Of a stretch of DNA of 20,000 nucleotides, positions 10,034-20,000 are shown in pieces. This DNA is from Peribolospora baueri. Lineage: Eukaryota. The translations under genes were made by a program, and so were the position numbers. The stretch is taken from the NCBI GenBank assembly GCA_029717555.1, contig JAMDHS010000104.1, positions 48,852 to 68,851 of the forward strand, given 5' to 3'. Within the stretch, counting starts at the first letter, position 1, and each line of letters opens with the position of its first letter. The notes beneath the pieces are model-generated. The model did not search any database and had not been told where the DNA came from. It worked only from the letters and a program-made list of their open reading frames with translations.

Positions 10034-13000
10034 TTAGGAAGAAGAGAGGTCGGGGATCTGGCCGACGAGGTATTGAGTGAGCTTGAACGACGCGGCGCCT
10101 TGGTCTTGAGGGATCATGTGACTGGCGCCGGTGCGGGAAGCCGGCAACGACGAGTCGTCCGTCAGCACACACCCCGCTTCTCGTCTCCCAGCAGCACCTT
10201 GCCAGCCCGACCGCACCTGCGCCTCCTACCCAAGCAAAGACGAAGGAAGGAGTGTGAAGAGCGACGGCAAACTCACCCAGCGTTGTCAACCGTGACCCAA
10301 GTGAGGCCCCTCTCCTCGTGCCAAGTGCCCTGCCTCCTGCCATTGACGTTGAACGCGGCGCTGGGCGCGCTCTGGAAGCCCTGTTGGCCGGCCCAGGTCA
10401 TGTTCTGGATGCCGAGGGCGGAGCCGTTGGGGATGATCACAAAGTCGAGCAGGCCGTGCTGGTGGACGACGGCCGACGACGGGAAGACGTCAGTCCATCA
10501 GCACCTGTCGACGATTTGACAGACGGACTTGGCCCGGAGCGCTCCGCGCGCAAACTCACCTGAATCATCGCCCTCTTGCTCTTACTGATCACGAAAGGCA
10601 ATACAGTCTCCGAAGGCGCCTTGGACGTATCGATGCCACCTTTGAAGACGTTCCCAATCGAGCATTCGAGCCAGGTGATGTTCGGGTCGGCGTGGATGGC
10701 CTCCTTGAAACCGGCCTGATTGTTGAGGAAGTTGTTGGCCGACGGGGTCTGCGCGTCGCCTGGGAAGCCGAGCGGGTCGGTGGGGGTCGGGCAGTACGAG
10801 TTGATCTGTCGCCAGAGGGTTAAAAAAAAAGCGATACGCATGCGATCAATTCCTTCCGTCTCTGCGATCGCCAAGCCCGATTCAAAGAGCGCACCAAGTA
10901 AGGGTCAAAGCAAGGGTTCGCAGCCTTGACGGCATTGTTGACGTCATACCAAAACGAGTGGTTCTTGTCGTACTGCGACGGCAGGAGAATCGGTCCTGCC
11001 GGAGGGAACTTGAGGTTCTTCTCCACAAAGTTGGCGATCCCGTTCTTTTCAGCTTTCGCCTGGAGGTTTGAGATGGTCGAGTCGCTGCAATCGAAGCGGG
11101 ATATAAAAAGAAGGAAACGGGGGCGTTGAGGATGACGATTGGAGAAAGGCAAAGACGCAAAAAGCAACAGGTGGACTCGACTCACTTCAGCAAAAGAGTC
11201 CCCTGGTGTGCGACGGCAAACTCGACGACGGCGAGCTCCTCTTGGAAGTAGTCATTGTCGAACGTGGGGTCATTGCTGTCGGGTGCACAAGAAGATGAAT
11301 CGTGAGCAGAACGTCAGACAGGCAAGGGACCCGACGCAGAGCCCGCAGCGAGGCAAAGCGACACCCACATCGAAATACCCTGAAGGTTGAAGCCGGCGGC
11401 CTGGTTAGACGCCGCATCGCGCTGGTAGATCGCGTTGGCGATATACGGCACATAGCTGCCCGCGTAAGACTCGCCTGCATAGGACGCGGTCATTCGAAGT
11501 CAGTCAGCGTCCGCCAACCCTCAGTTCGACCGTCGCCTCCAGAATACCACCAGGTCAAGGCCGCGGCAGCACGTACCGGTGATCCACAGTTTTACGCCTT
11601 TGAGCTCGCTGAAGACTTTGAAGAACTGCTCGAGGAAGCCAAGGAACTCGCTCGCGACACCGTTCTCGTCGGTGACGTTGGGCTCGCCCTTACTAAAGCC
11701 TGCCAGCATGACGGCGGTGGACAGTGAAAAACGACAGAAAAGGACGACGCAAACGCAAACGGTAGGTAAGACAAAGGGTGAGACACTGCTCATCTGTTGG
11801 ACGTGCAGAGGAGCAACAACACACCAGTGCCGACAGGCTGCTCGACCCAGAGGACGTTCGAGATGCTGCGAGGGAAAAAGAGAAAGGGGCGCGAGATATG
11901 TAGTCACTTGGTTAGACGGCCCTCAACGTTCAGACCTCCCCTGTATAGCCACGTCTCCGCTTCACTCTGTTCCTCCGCTCACTTGGTCCAAGAGTACTCA
12001 TTGACGATCGCAGAGGTCGAGTTGAACGGCAAGAGGAAGGGGCCATTCTCCTGGAGCTGAACGCCGAAGTGGACCGTCAGCAGACGCCCCCGCAAGAACG
12101 CGAGAGCCATATCGCCGCCCCTCACCATGCCTTCGAGAGAGCTGCATCCGGGGCCGCCGTTGAACCTGGGCGAGAGATAGTTTGGACCCAAGGAAGTAGA
12201 GAGACCAGCGAAGGAAGAGTCAGCGATTCGTTCTTGACTAGCCGCAAGCCCAGTGCGCCCGCCTTTTTCTTGCAATCGCTCTTCCCCCACCTCCTCCCCC
12301 AGCGTTACACTTTGATTGAAGCGTGAAGAACAGGCCGCTCACCAGATAATAAGATCGTTCTGTCCCTGAGGGACGAGCGAAGGCCAGAACCAGAAGTAGA
12401 GCTCGCGCGTCTCATTGGCGTTACCGCTGATAGGGAGGTTACCTGAAGAAGTACAGACAGACGTCTCGGTCAACGTCAAACATGCGTTGTGAAATACGGC
12501 CAGAGATGAAATCTGCTGGACGGGAGAATGGTGACTCACCGGCCCAAGACTCAGATACCTCAAAAGGAATTCCGGGGATGGTGGTATTGACGTGGAAGTC
12601 TGTACAAAGGGTCACGCATGAGTTTCCATCGCTCGAGATCAGCTCCATATGGGCCGGTAAATGATGCTGAATTTCCCCTTCCATGCCATGCGCTCGTTCG
12701 ACAGACGGTGCTCGGTAAAGGACGTCGCCCACGCTTAGGCCACCTCCTATCCCGAGATCGACAACTTCCGCAATCTCCAGGCCTTCTCCGGCGCTGGCCT
12801 GCTTTGGGCTCCGCTACTGCGGTCGATAGCTGCTCTCCTTCCAGATACCAAATGCTCGCAAGCACGTCGGGGACACTCACCAGCCGCCTTGGGGTTGCTA
12901 AACTGGATCCAGCTGGCTCCAGTCTTGTTGACCGAGACGGGAGCCTGGGAGGAGAGCGAGGGAGCGGCAAGGACGCCTGAGGCGGCAGTGGCAACTAGAG

Positions 13001-13040
13001 CAAGGCCAGCGGCAAAGGAGAGAGAGGGAAAAGGCACCAT
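10034..13040 (-). CDS. Secreted serine carboxypeptidase, peptidase family S10 (about 499 aa, 13 exons)
   Basis: Exons 13040-12881, 12599-12540, 12442-12343, 12165-12126, 12056-11983, 11865-11825, 11699-11577, 11474-11369, 11275-11186, 11084-10895, 10805-10560, 10458-10277 and 10121-10034 total 1500 nt in frame. Hydrophobic signal peptide; [31 protein letters not shown]; catalytic Ser in GESYAG, Asp in HGLLDFVI, His in AGHMIP. Confidence 0.95.
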
Positions 13041-13116
13041 GGGGAGCGGCGATTCGGGGGGACGGCCCAGAGATGGAAGGCGCGAAGGGGGAAGGGTGTG
13101 CGAAGGAGAGGTGGGG

Positions 13117-13153
13117 GAGGAGGAGGAGGGCGAGGAAGAGGAAGAGGAAGAAG
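13117..13153. repeat. Imperfect GAG/GAA purine-rich repeat
   Basis: gaggaggaggagggcgaggaagaggaagaggaagaag. On the minus strand this is a pyrimidine-rich tract just upstream of the carboxypeptidase ATG. Confidence 0.7.
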
Positions 13154-13533
13154 AATGGACGTCTTGCTTTACTCTCAGACAGAAGTACCCTCTCTGTGTT
13201 TCACGCACGCGGCCAGCCGCCCCCGCCGATATCCAACTTGTCTGTGGGCGCTATCGAGGGTTCATTCGAGGTGGAGCCGCCGCAGCAGAGATAGGGATCT
13301 AATCGGACGATGTTGCCGCAGCAGCCGCCAGGTCGATCGCGGTGGGATGAAAAAACTTAAAATGGAATTCTCTTTCGCTGTCCCGGCGACGGTCGTTCAG
13401 CTGCGACTGGTGTCCCTTTTCCCTCGGATCATCATTTGACCTCGTCCACCTTCCCCTTGTCATGCCTCGCGAGGTCGCAGCGGAAGTCAAGACCTGCCGG
13501 CCCACGCCCTATCCACTCCCATTGGGGAGAAGC

Positions 13534-13569
13534 GGTGGTAGTGGTAGTGGTGGTCGTGGGGGTGGTGGG
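13534..13569. repeat. Imperfect (GGT/AGT)n trinucleotide repeat
   Basis: ggtggtagtggtagtggtggtcgtgggggtggtggg. Confidence 0.7.
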
Positions 13570-13638
13570 ATCATGCGACCGAGAAGAAACGAAATGCGGT
13601 CGTCCTCGCAGACCGCCCATGGAGCGCTAACTGCGTCT

Positions 13639-14880
13639 ATGGTTGACGCGCCTGTGACTGGGGAGCGGAGGCTCAGGACAGGATTCGCCGACTTGCCGGT
13701 CGAGGTGAGCCACTAGACGGAGATTGCGTCGTCATGCGGCCCGTCAATCTCGTAGTTTGACCCCCTCTGATCTCCCTTTCTCCTCCATTGCCCCCTTAAG
13801 CTCCTCTACTACATTCACATCCTCTCCCTCTCCCCTTCCTTCCCCTACCTTACCCGCCACTTGCACTCTGTCTTTCGGCACTCTCCAAAATCTCACCGTG
13901 CCGCCTACCTTTTGGGCGCCTATGACGAGCATCTCTCCGCCACCTCGTCTTTTCCTTCCTCCGCCGCAGTCGTTGCTTCCTTGTCTTCTCTCGATGTCGT
14001 GAGCTTTGTTGCGCGCTTTCCCATCTGCGACATCGACGTTCTGCAACGAGTGACCCGCGTTTGGAAAGAGAAAGCGGCAAGCGCGTTCGTCACAGAAAGC
14101 GCGACGATCAGTGGCAGTGGTCGCCGCCACGGTGAGAGGGCCAAAGGCGGCTTTTTTAAGACGGTCAGGTCTCTGAGCTCCGATTGCGTGGGGGCGGAGG
14201 ACCGCAGAGAGGATGTGGGAAGGACGGACAAAATGGGAGGAGGAGACAGCGGTGGCCAGAGCAAAGGCGTGTACGTCTTCCTCCTGCCCAACAGCGAGAT
14301 CCGTTGCAACGAGCTTCCCAAGCGTCTCTTTCGCCACCTCGGCTCCACCGCGCTCGTCAAGCCTACCGCCGCAGGCGTGTCGGGGACATCGGACACGTCG
14401 ACGGACTTTGAGCTCATCCGACACCTCCTCGAGGTCCACTCTGCCTGTCCCAACTCTCACGACGGTTTCCCGCTCGCCATGGCCGTCCATGCGGATCACG
14501 GTGCGTTGACCGATCTCCTCCTGCGACACGGCGCCGATCCGGGTAGGAAGGAGGCGATGGCCGTCATGGTGGCCATCAAGCGCGCCGATCTAGAGATGGT
14601 GCGCAAGTTGTTGGAGCGAGGGGAAGAGAAGGTTGTCCAGCGAAATGGGGAGTCATCTCGAGTTCCCCCGTCGACGACGACGACCGCGACCGCTTCACCG
14701 CCGCCGCACACCTCGCTCAAACGGCGCCGCTTGTCCGACCGACTAACGGCGACGGCAGCTATGCTCCGAGCGGCGGTGCGGGCGGACGCGAGGGAGATTG
14801 CCGAGTACCTCATGACGGAGAAGGCCGTTGTGCCGGACATCAAGACGATCAAGCTTCTGGATCGGCGCGGGGCCTGGTGA
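13639..14880 (+). CDS. Ankyrin-repeat protein with N-terminal F-box-like motif (about 381 aa, 2 exons; in-frame upstream ATGs back to 13462)
   Basis: Exon 13639-13704 (donor GTGAGC) joins exon 13801-14880 in frame, giving ...GFADLPVE|LLYYIHILSLSPSFPYLTRHLHSVFRHSPKSHRAAYLL. Ankyrin-like repeats: PNSHDGFPLAMAVHADHGALTDLLLRHGADP, AVMVAIKRADLEMVRKLLE, MLRAAVRADAREIAEYLMTEKAVVPD. Confidence 0.82.
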
Positions 14881-15529
14881 GGGGGCCATTGGTGGAGGAA
14901 GATCGTTTCCGTCTTTCGCATCATCTGTCGCGCGTTTTTCCCTTTCCTTGCTCGTCACATACATGTACCACCATAGCATCGCATCGCATTCTCAAGACCG
15001 TCGTCGTCACTTGCGGAGTGATTCGCTTGTATGCATACTCGTTACTTTCCTTCCTTGGTTGCAAGATACCCTCGTCTCCTCGTCGCCTCGTCGCATTCCC
15101 CCCCCCCTCCACCCCCACCCCACATCCGATTGATTGGTCGATTGATTTATGCAGTTTATGGTCCTTAAGTCAGACCAGTAGGGCCTGAAGGGACCGTAAC
15201 GCGTACACCCTGGCCCCCTACGCTGGCTCCTACAGTCCGCTGGCCCACGCCTACCGCTCGACCTGGACCGGCCTCGCCCTTCCCCCACCTGGTACCCGAG
15301 ATCTGTCTGGCCGCACATAGTGACCGGGCGGACGGCGGCACGGTTACATATTCGGCTGCTATGCCTTCAATACAGAGGCGCCGCGGCCAGTTCTACTCTA
15401 CCCCACCGTCCGAGCCGCGACCGCAGCGAGCCAGGACGTGGAAGAGAGGATTAGCCGGCGCAGAGACAACAGGAACGGAGAGCGTTCCCGCTTCGTTGCT
15501 AGCCACCATCATCCTCTGTCAAGCTCACC

Positions 15530-16585
15530 ATGTCAACAACGTCTTCGCAAGCACCAGCTATGATGACCAACTCGGTGCACAAGACGGGCGTGCTGCTCGT
15601 GTACGCAGAGCCGGGGCACCGCGTCACCGACGACGAGTTCCACGGTGAGCCGTCCGTTCTCCCGACCGAGCGAGAGACAACCAAGACGACGACGCCTGAC
15701 TGATCCGAGTCGTCCCTCGTCCTCGTCTTCTCTCCCTCCGAACCGTCGACCCGACGCGCTTCCGTCGTCTGATTCTTCGCCCCCCACCCCAGATTGGTAC
15801 GACGGCGAGCACATCCCCCTCCGCCTCCCGCACATCCCCGCCTTCCTCTCCGGTGTCCGCTACATCTCCCACGACAGCGCGACAAAGCCGCGTTTCGCGG
15901 CGCTCTACTCCATCGCCGACAATAGGATCTACTCGCACCCTTCGTACGCCAACCTCCGCGCGAATCGGTCCGCGCGAGAGGCGGACGTGGTGCGACGCTT
16001 GGAGCGCCTCGATCGACGGATTTACGAGCTCATCGGAGACAGCGAGCCCGCGGGCGCGGACAGGGATAGACCGAGGGCAAAGGACGAGGCGTCCGGGTTG
16101 TTCGTCGCCGCGTCACTCACGCTGCCCGCGGGCGGGGAGGAGAAGGTGGAAGAGTGGGTGTGGGGCGCGCGGGCAAAGGAGATGCGCGGGGTGGAGGGAT
16201 GGAAGAGGACGAGGACGTTCCGGCTTCTCGAACCCGTTGTCACTGGCCTGGGCACGAGCGACGGCGATGCGGTCAAGGTGCCCAAATACATGGTACTCGA
16301 TGGTGAGCGGGACGAGCGGTGGGCGAGAGAAGCGAGGGAGGACGGCTCCCACGGTACCTCGTCGACTCACCTCATCGCCATACGTCTCACATCCGCTTCC
16401 ACCCCACAGAGTACGCCGATGCTTCCTTTTACACCTCTGCCTCCTCTCTCTCGCCCCTCCGAGCTGCTCCTGGCGCGGACGGGGCGACGGAGACGGAGGA
16501 GCGGATCATGAAGCTCTTCAGGGCATTCGAGCCCGAGGCGGCGCAAAAGGTCTGGGCAGAGGGTAAGGAGATCACTCGAGTGTGA
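15530..16585 (+). CDS. EthD-like dimeric alpha/beta-barrel protein, function unknown (about 266 aa, 3 exons)
   Basis: Exons 15530-15644, 15793-16302 and 16410-16585 join in frame. GVLLVYAEPG...DDEFHDWYDGEHIPLRL.HIPAFLSGVRY...FAALY matches the F..WY..EH pattern of EthD-like folds. A second similar unit follows (GWKRTRTFRL...PKYMVLDEY). Confidence 0.8.
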
Positions 16586-16827
16586 TGGCCGTTCTCTTTC
16601 TGCGACGAAGATGGATAGATCCTGGTAGAGGATGCAGGATGCAATACGAGCAAGTACGAGCTGAGCTGTGTTTGGATGCGCACATTGTTGGTTCCACTAA
16701 ACGATCGTGGTATACAGAGAAACCATCCCGCTTCCCTACTTGGGTTAGCAAGAAAAAGGATAAACACAACGCTCGACACAGAGAAAAAACGAAAACAGTA
16801 AAGGAAAAAAGGTAGCTCTCGCGACGT

Positions 16828-19797
16828 CTAGCCGTTTCCACCCAAGGCGCCCTTGCCGTACAGGACGGTGTCATCTACCCGACCGGCGGCACCGGAAATG
16901 GAGGACTCGAGCCGCTTCCAGGTCCGGATCTTATCGCCCCAGTCCTCCAGCGAGAAGATGCGAACCCGACGGTCGAACCTGTCCGGTTGTGGAGGAAGAA
17001 GGGTACACCTCTCTGTCAGCTCTGATCGTCCATCCGTGACGAGGTGTTCAGATGGCCGACAAGAAGGAAGGACGGTCCCGCCTGGACTCACCCAATCTCG
17101 CCGTAGCCGGCATAGCTCGACCCTCCACCGAAGCAGCTCCACACTCCCTTGATTCGCCTGCAGTCCTCGGAGATGTGACAATGTCCGTTGACCTGAACAC
17201 GCGAGCCGGATGGCATGGGAGTGGAAGTCAGGAGCGAGCGATCAAAAACGGGACCTCCGCGGTGGAAACGGAACCGTCGCATCAACACTCACGAGCACCC
17301 TCGTATCTCGCTCATGTCCCAACGCCAATACGCCGTCGTTAAAAAAACCGCTGTTCTTTTTCGGCGCGCCGCTTCCTTCATGGCGCTCGCCAACGATGAG
17401 CTCCTTTGCCGAAACGGAGTCGTAATCCGGCGGATCGTACGCCTCGGGAAGGGGTATATGGAAAAAGGTCATGGCGTTTGGTTTGGAAAACGTCGTCTCC
17501 GAACCACCACGGACGTCCAACGCCGAGCTATCCTCCTCCTCCTCCGTAGTACCGGCCGTTCTCCTCTTGCGCGCCCAGATCTTGCTCAGGTCGCTCGCCC
17601 CGTCGGGCGTAAAAGGATGAACGCGCGGCTTGTTGGCCCGCGATTGCTCTACGAACCACTTGATCTGACTCGGCTTGATCCAGTCATAGTCTGTAGGCGG
17701 TTTCCAGGACCACTTCGATCGCGGGACCATGGCGTGCGAGTCCAGGAAGTACAATGTGAACAGCTGTGTTTTGCTCCTACATTGTGACAAATACGAACGG
17801 CGGCGGGGAGATGAGCAAGGGCCGGCTTTCAATCCAGTGTCGGGACGGACATAACTCACGGGTCAGGGGACCATATCTTAAGGACTGTCGGAGATGAGGC
17901 CGAACGTGCTCCGTCAGACGACGGCGATTTCCCGTCAGCGAAGCTCCTCAACACACTTACCGTAGTTGCCCACACCAGAGACGTTCTTCGGTCCAGGCTC
18001 GGACAGACTGTAAGGCATGTTTTGCAAGATGCGCATCTCATCTTCGCGGGTCAGATCCGTCTCGTCATCGTGATTTCCTGCGCGATTTACCAATGCCGTG
18101 TGAGTCGGATCAAACCCGCGCGGTCGCAATCACCGCCGCACCGCCGTTTCACGCGATTCGCGATCGCTACGTCTGCTGTAGCTCTCACCGAAGATGGCCG
18201 CCCACGGCAACTTCTTCTTGATGGCGATTTGCATTGTCTTGGCGATGGTGCTCTTCGAGTCCCAGCTGGTCGTCTGACCGTTGATCTGGTCGCCTGTGAA
18301 CACGAGCAAGTCCGGATTCTCTTCGTCGAGGAAGCGCTCGACGAGCGTCATCGTGTCCACATCGGCCGTGCAGGGTTTTTTCTGCGGAGACGAAAAAGAC
18401 GGTGAGACGGCCTGCCAATGACCCGCGATCCTCACTGAACTCACGTCGGAGTTGCGACAGACACCGTGGCCCTGAGGAAGGCGGCAAAGACGAGGAAGAC
18501 TGTCAGGGCCGCCGAACATATGGACTGCAGTAAAGACTTGAAAGGGCGAACGAGCTCACCGTCGAGAAGTGGAGGTCGGCCACTTGCATGATCTTGAACG
18601 TGCCATCGTTGTGGAACGTAAGTGGCGGCGCTTGCGGTACAGCTGAGAAGCGAGAGGGAGCACCAGCGCGAAAGCGAAGAAACGAGCGTGAGCAGAGCCA
18701 GAGGGACCTCGTCACATGAACAAGAGTGCCACGTCTCACGCTTGATGGTCCTTCGAATGACGATCTCGACCCTCTCGACCCCCGTCCCCTTCTCATGTTC
18801 CTCAATCGCCTTGCCCATCCTCTCAAAGTTCCACATCGGCTCGCCGTCGCCGTACACAAGGTCCAGCTCGGTGACGGCCTTGGGTGCACTCGGGTCAAAC
18901 GATTCACCCGCCTTCCCGTACACTGTTCCCTCCCTCGGCTCTTGAACATAATTGCCTCCAATGCCGGCGGTGATCGGAGCAGACTGGGAGCGACCGGGGC
19001 GGACGCGATAGTAGATTCGCAAGCCATCAGCTCCTTTCGACGAGCTCTTGCCGCCGCTCGATAGCCAGCTGCTAAGAGCACTGAACCCATGAGAGGCTCG
19101 AATGTCCTCCTCGCAGCGGATCCACTCGTCCTTTCCGCCCGCCAGCTTGTCCTCCTGTTCCTTGGTTTTCGATTCGTCGATCAAGGCGAGGTCAACGACG
19201 TTCGGAACGTCGGAGCGCCGGGATCGGCGGTAGAAGAGGTAGGGCGCATAGATGGAAAAGGCAGAACCGGCTCGGACGTTGGGTCGGAGAGGACGGCCAA
19301 CCCTGACCCACTTGCCGAGGAGAAAATCATCAGCTGGAGTGGACGGGGGCTCGCAGGTGAGAAGAGAGAGCCAGCTGAAGGCGACACAAGGACGGACGGT
19401 GATCGCCGTCAAGGGCGCCGGATTGGGTAGCAGAGGAGCGTAGACATCGAGGGGTAGCGATGCTGACGAGAAGGCCACGACGAGAAGAAATCGGGTGAAC
19501 GCCCGATGAACGGTGCGCGGGCTCTCCTTCTCCCGCTCTACGAGATCGCCGATGAGCGCTCACCAGGTCCGTAGGCACCCGCCAACCCTCCGTTGCCGTA
19601 CACCTCGCCATCTCCACCTTGTCCGTCCGTTCCACCTCCCCAGAGGTCACCGCCTCCGCCGCCTGGCAGCTTGTCCAAGTCGGTTCCCTTTCCGCCCGAT
19701 CCCGTACCGGGGCTAGGGCCCACCGCATCGAAGGCCTGCCATCCGATCTGCGAGGTGATCAGCGACGGCGGGGGATCGCGTGAGAGGTAGAATAGCG
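16828..19797 (-). CDS. DCR2: Dcr2-like calcineurin-type metallophosphoesterase, 5'-partial (continues beyond window end)
   Basis: Exons 19797-19564, 19462-18740, 18642-18560, 18471-18445, 18381-18189, 18077-17961, 17884-17860, 17776-17293, 17192-17092 and 16978-16828 join in frame. All five metal motifs present: FKIMQVADLHFS, VFTGDQING, WAAIFGNHD, FFHIPLPE, NGHCH, plus the Dcr2-typical CFGGGSSYAGYG and RRVRIF. A GTGAGC donor lies at 20000-19995, so upstream exon(s) are outside the window. Confidence 0.9.
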
Positions 19798-19807
19798 CTG
19801 GCGATGG

Positions 19808-19838
19808 GACGAGACGAGACGAGACAAGACGAAACGAG
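19808..19838. repeat. Imperfect (GAGAC)n pentanucleotide repeat in a DCR2 intron
   Basis: gac gagac gagac gagac aagac gaaac gag. On the minus strand it forms the pyrimidine-rich tract before the acceptor at 19798. Confidence 0.8.
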
Positions 19839-20000
19839 GGGAATAGGTGGTTTAATCGGTCCCAAGCGAAGCAGAGCGACGGGCGAAGTGATTCGACTCG
19901 GTTAGCTTCGGTTCGGTGCGGCGCGGTGCGATTCGAGCAACGCCCCATCCCGCGGTCATACTCCTCCAAGAAGCGCAAACGCACCGACCGGCTCGCTCAC

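Noticed and set aside
12600..12880. Longest intron (281 nt) as possible host of a riboswitch or snoRNA
   Set aside because: No TPP aptamer core or C/D or H/ACA arrangement recognised by eye. An Infernal/Rfam scan would be decisive.
13395..13440. ATGATGA followed by CTGA on the minus strand, resembling C/D snoRNA boxes
   Set aside because: The boxes are only about 30 nt apart, with no terminal stem, second D box or recognisable rRNA guide.
8863..16585. Reductase, peptidase, ankyrin and EthD-like genes as a metabolic gene cluster
   Set aside because: No backbone enzyme, transporter or transcription factor is present, the functions are unconnected, and the genes sit among housekeeping loci.

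Overview
Gene-dense, GC-rich, intron-rich eukaryotic DNA, most consistent with a basidiomycete fungus (GTGAGY/GTRCGY donors, CTGAC/CTAAC-type branch sites, mostly 60-200 nt introns). The six-frame ORF track is fragmented by introns, so I rebuilt the gene models by hand from splice signals and reading-frame continuity. Nine protein-coding loci were found: LSM5 (-), VMS1/ANKZF1 (+), ETF alpha subunit (+), a NUG1/GNL3-like circularly permuted GTPase (-), an apparently 5'-truncated NAD(P)-binding reductase (-), a secreted S10 serine carboxypeptidase with 13 exons (-), an F-box-like/ankyrin protein (+), an EthD-like alpha/beta-barrel protein (+), and a DCR2-like metallophosphoesterase (-) that runs off the right edge. 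No rRNA, tRNA, CRISPR or intact mobile element is evident. This looks mainly like an ordinary housekeeping region, and I cannot support a clearly novel multi-gene system. The best leads are the intron-hidden F-box-like motif on the ankyrin protein, the reductase lacking its nucleotide-binding N-terminus, the shortened N-terminus of the GTPase, and the degenerate second repeat of the EthD-like protein. Family calls come from motif recognition, not database searches.
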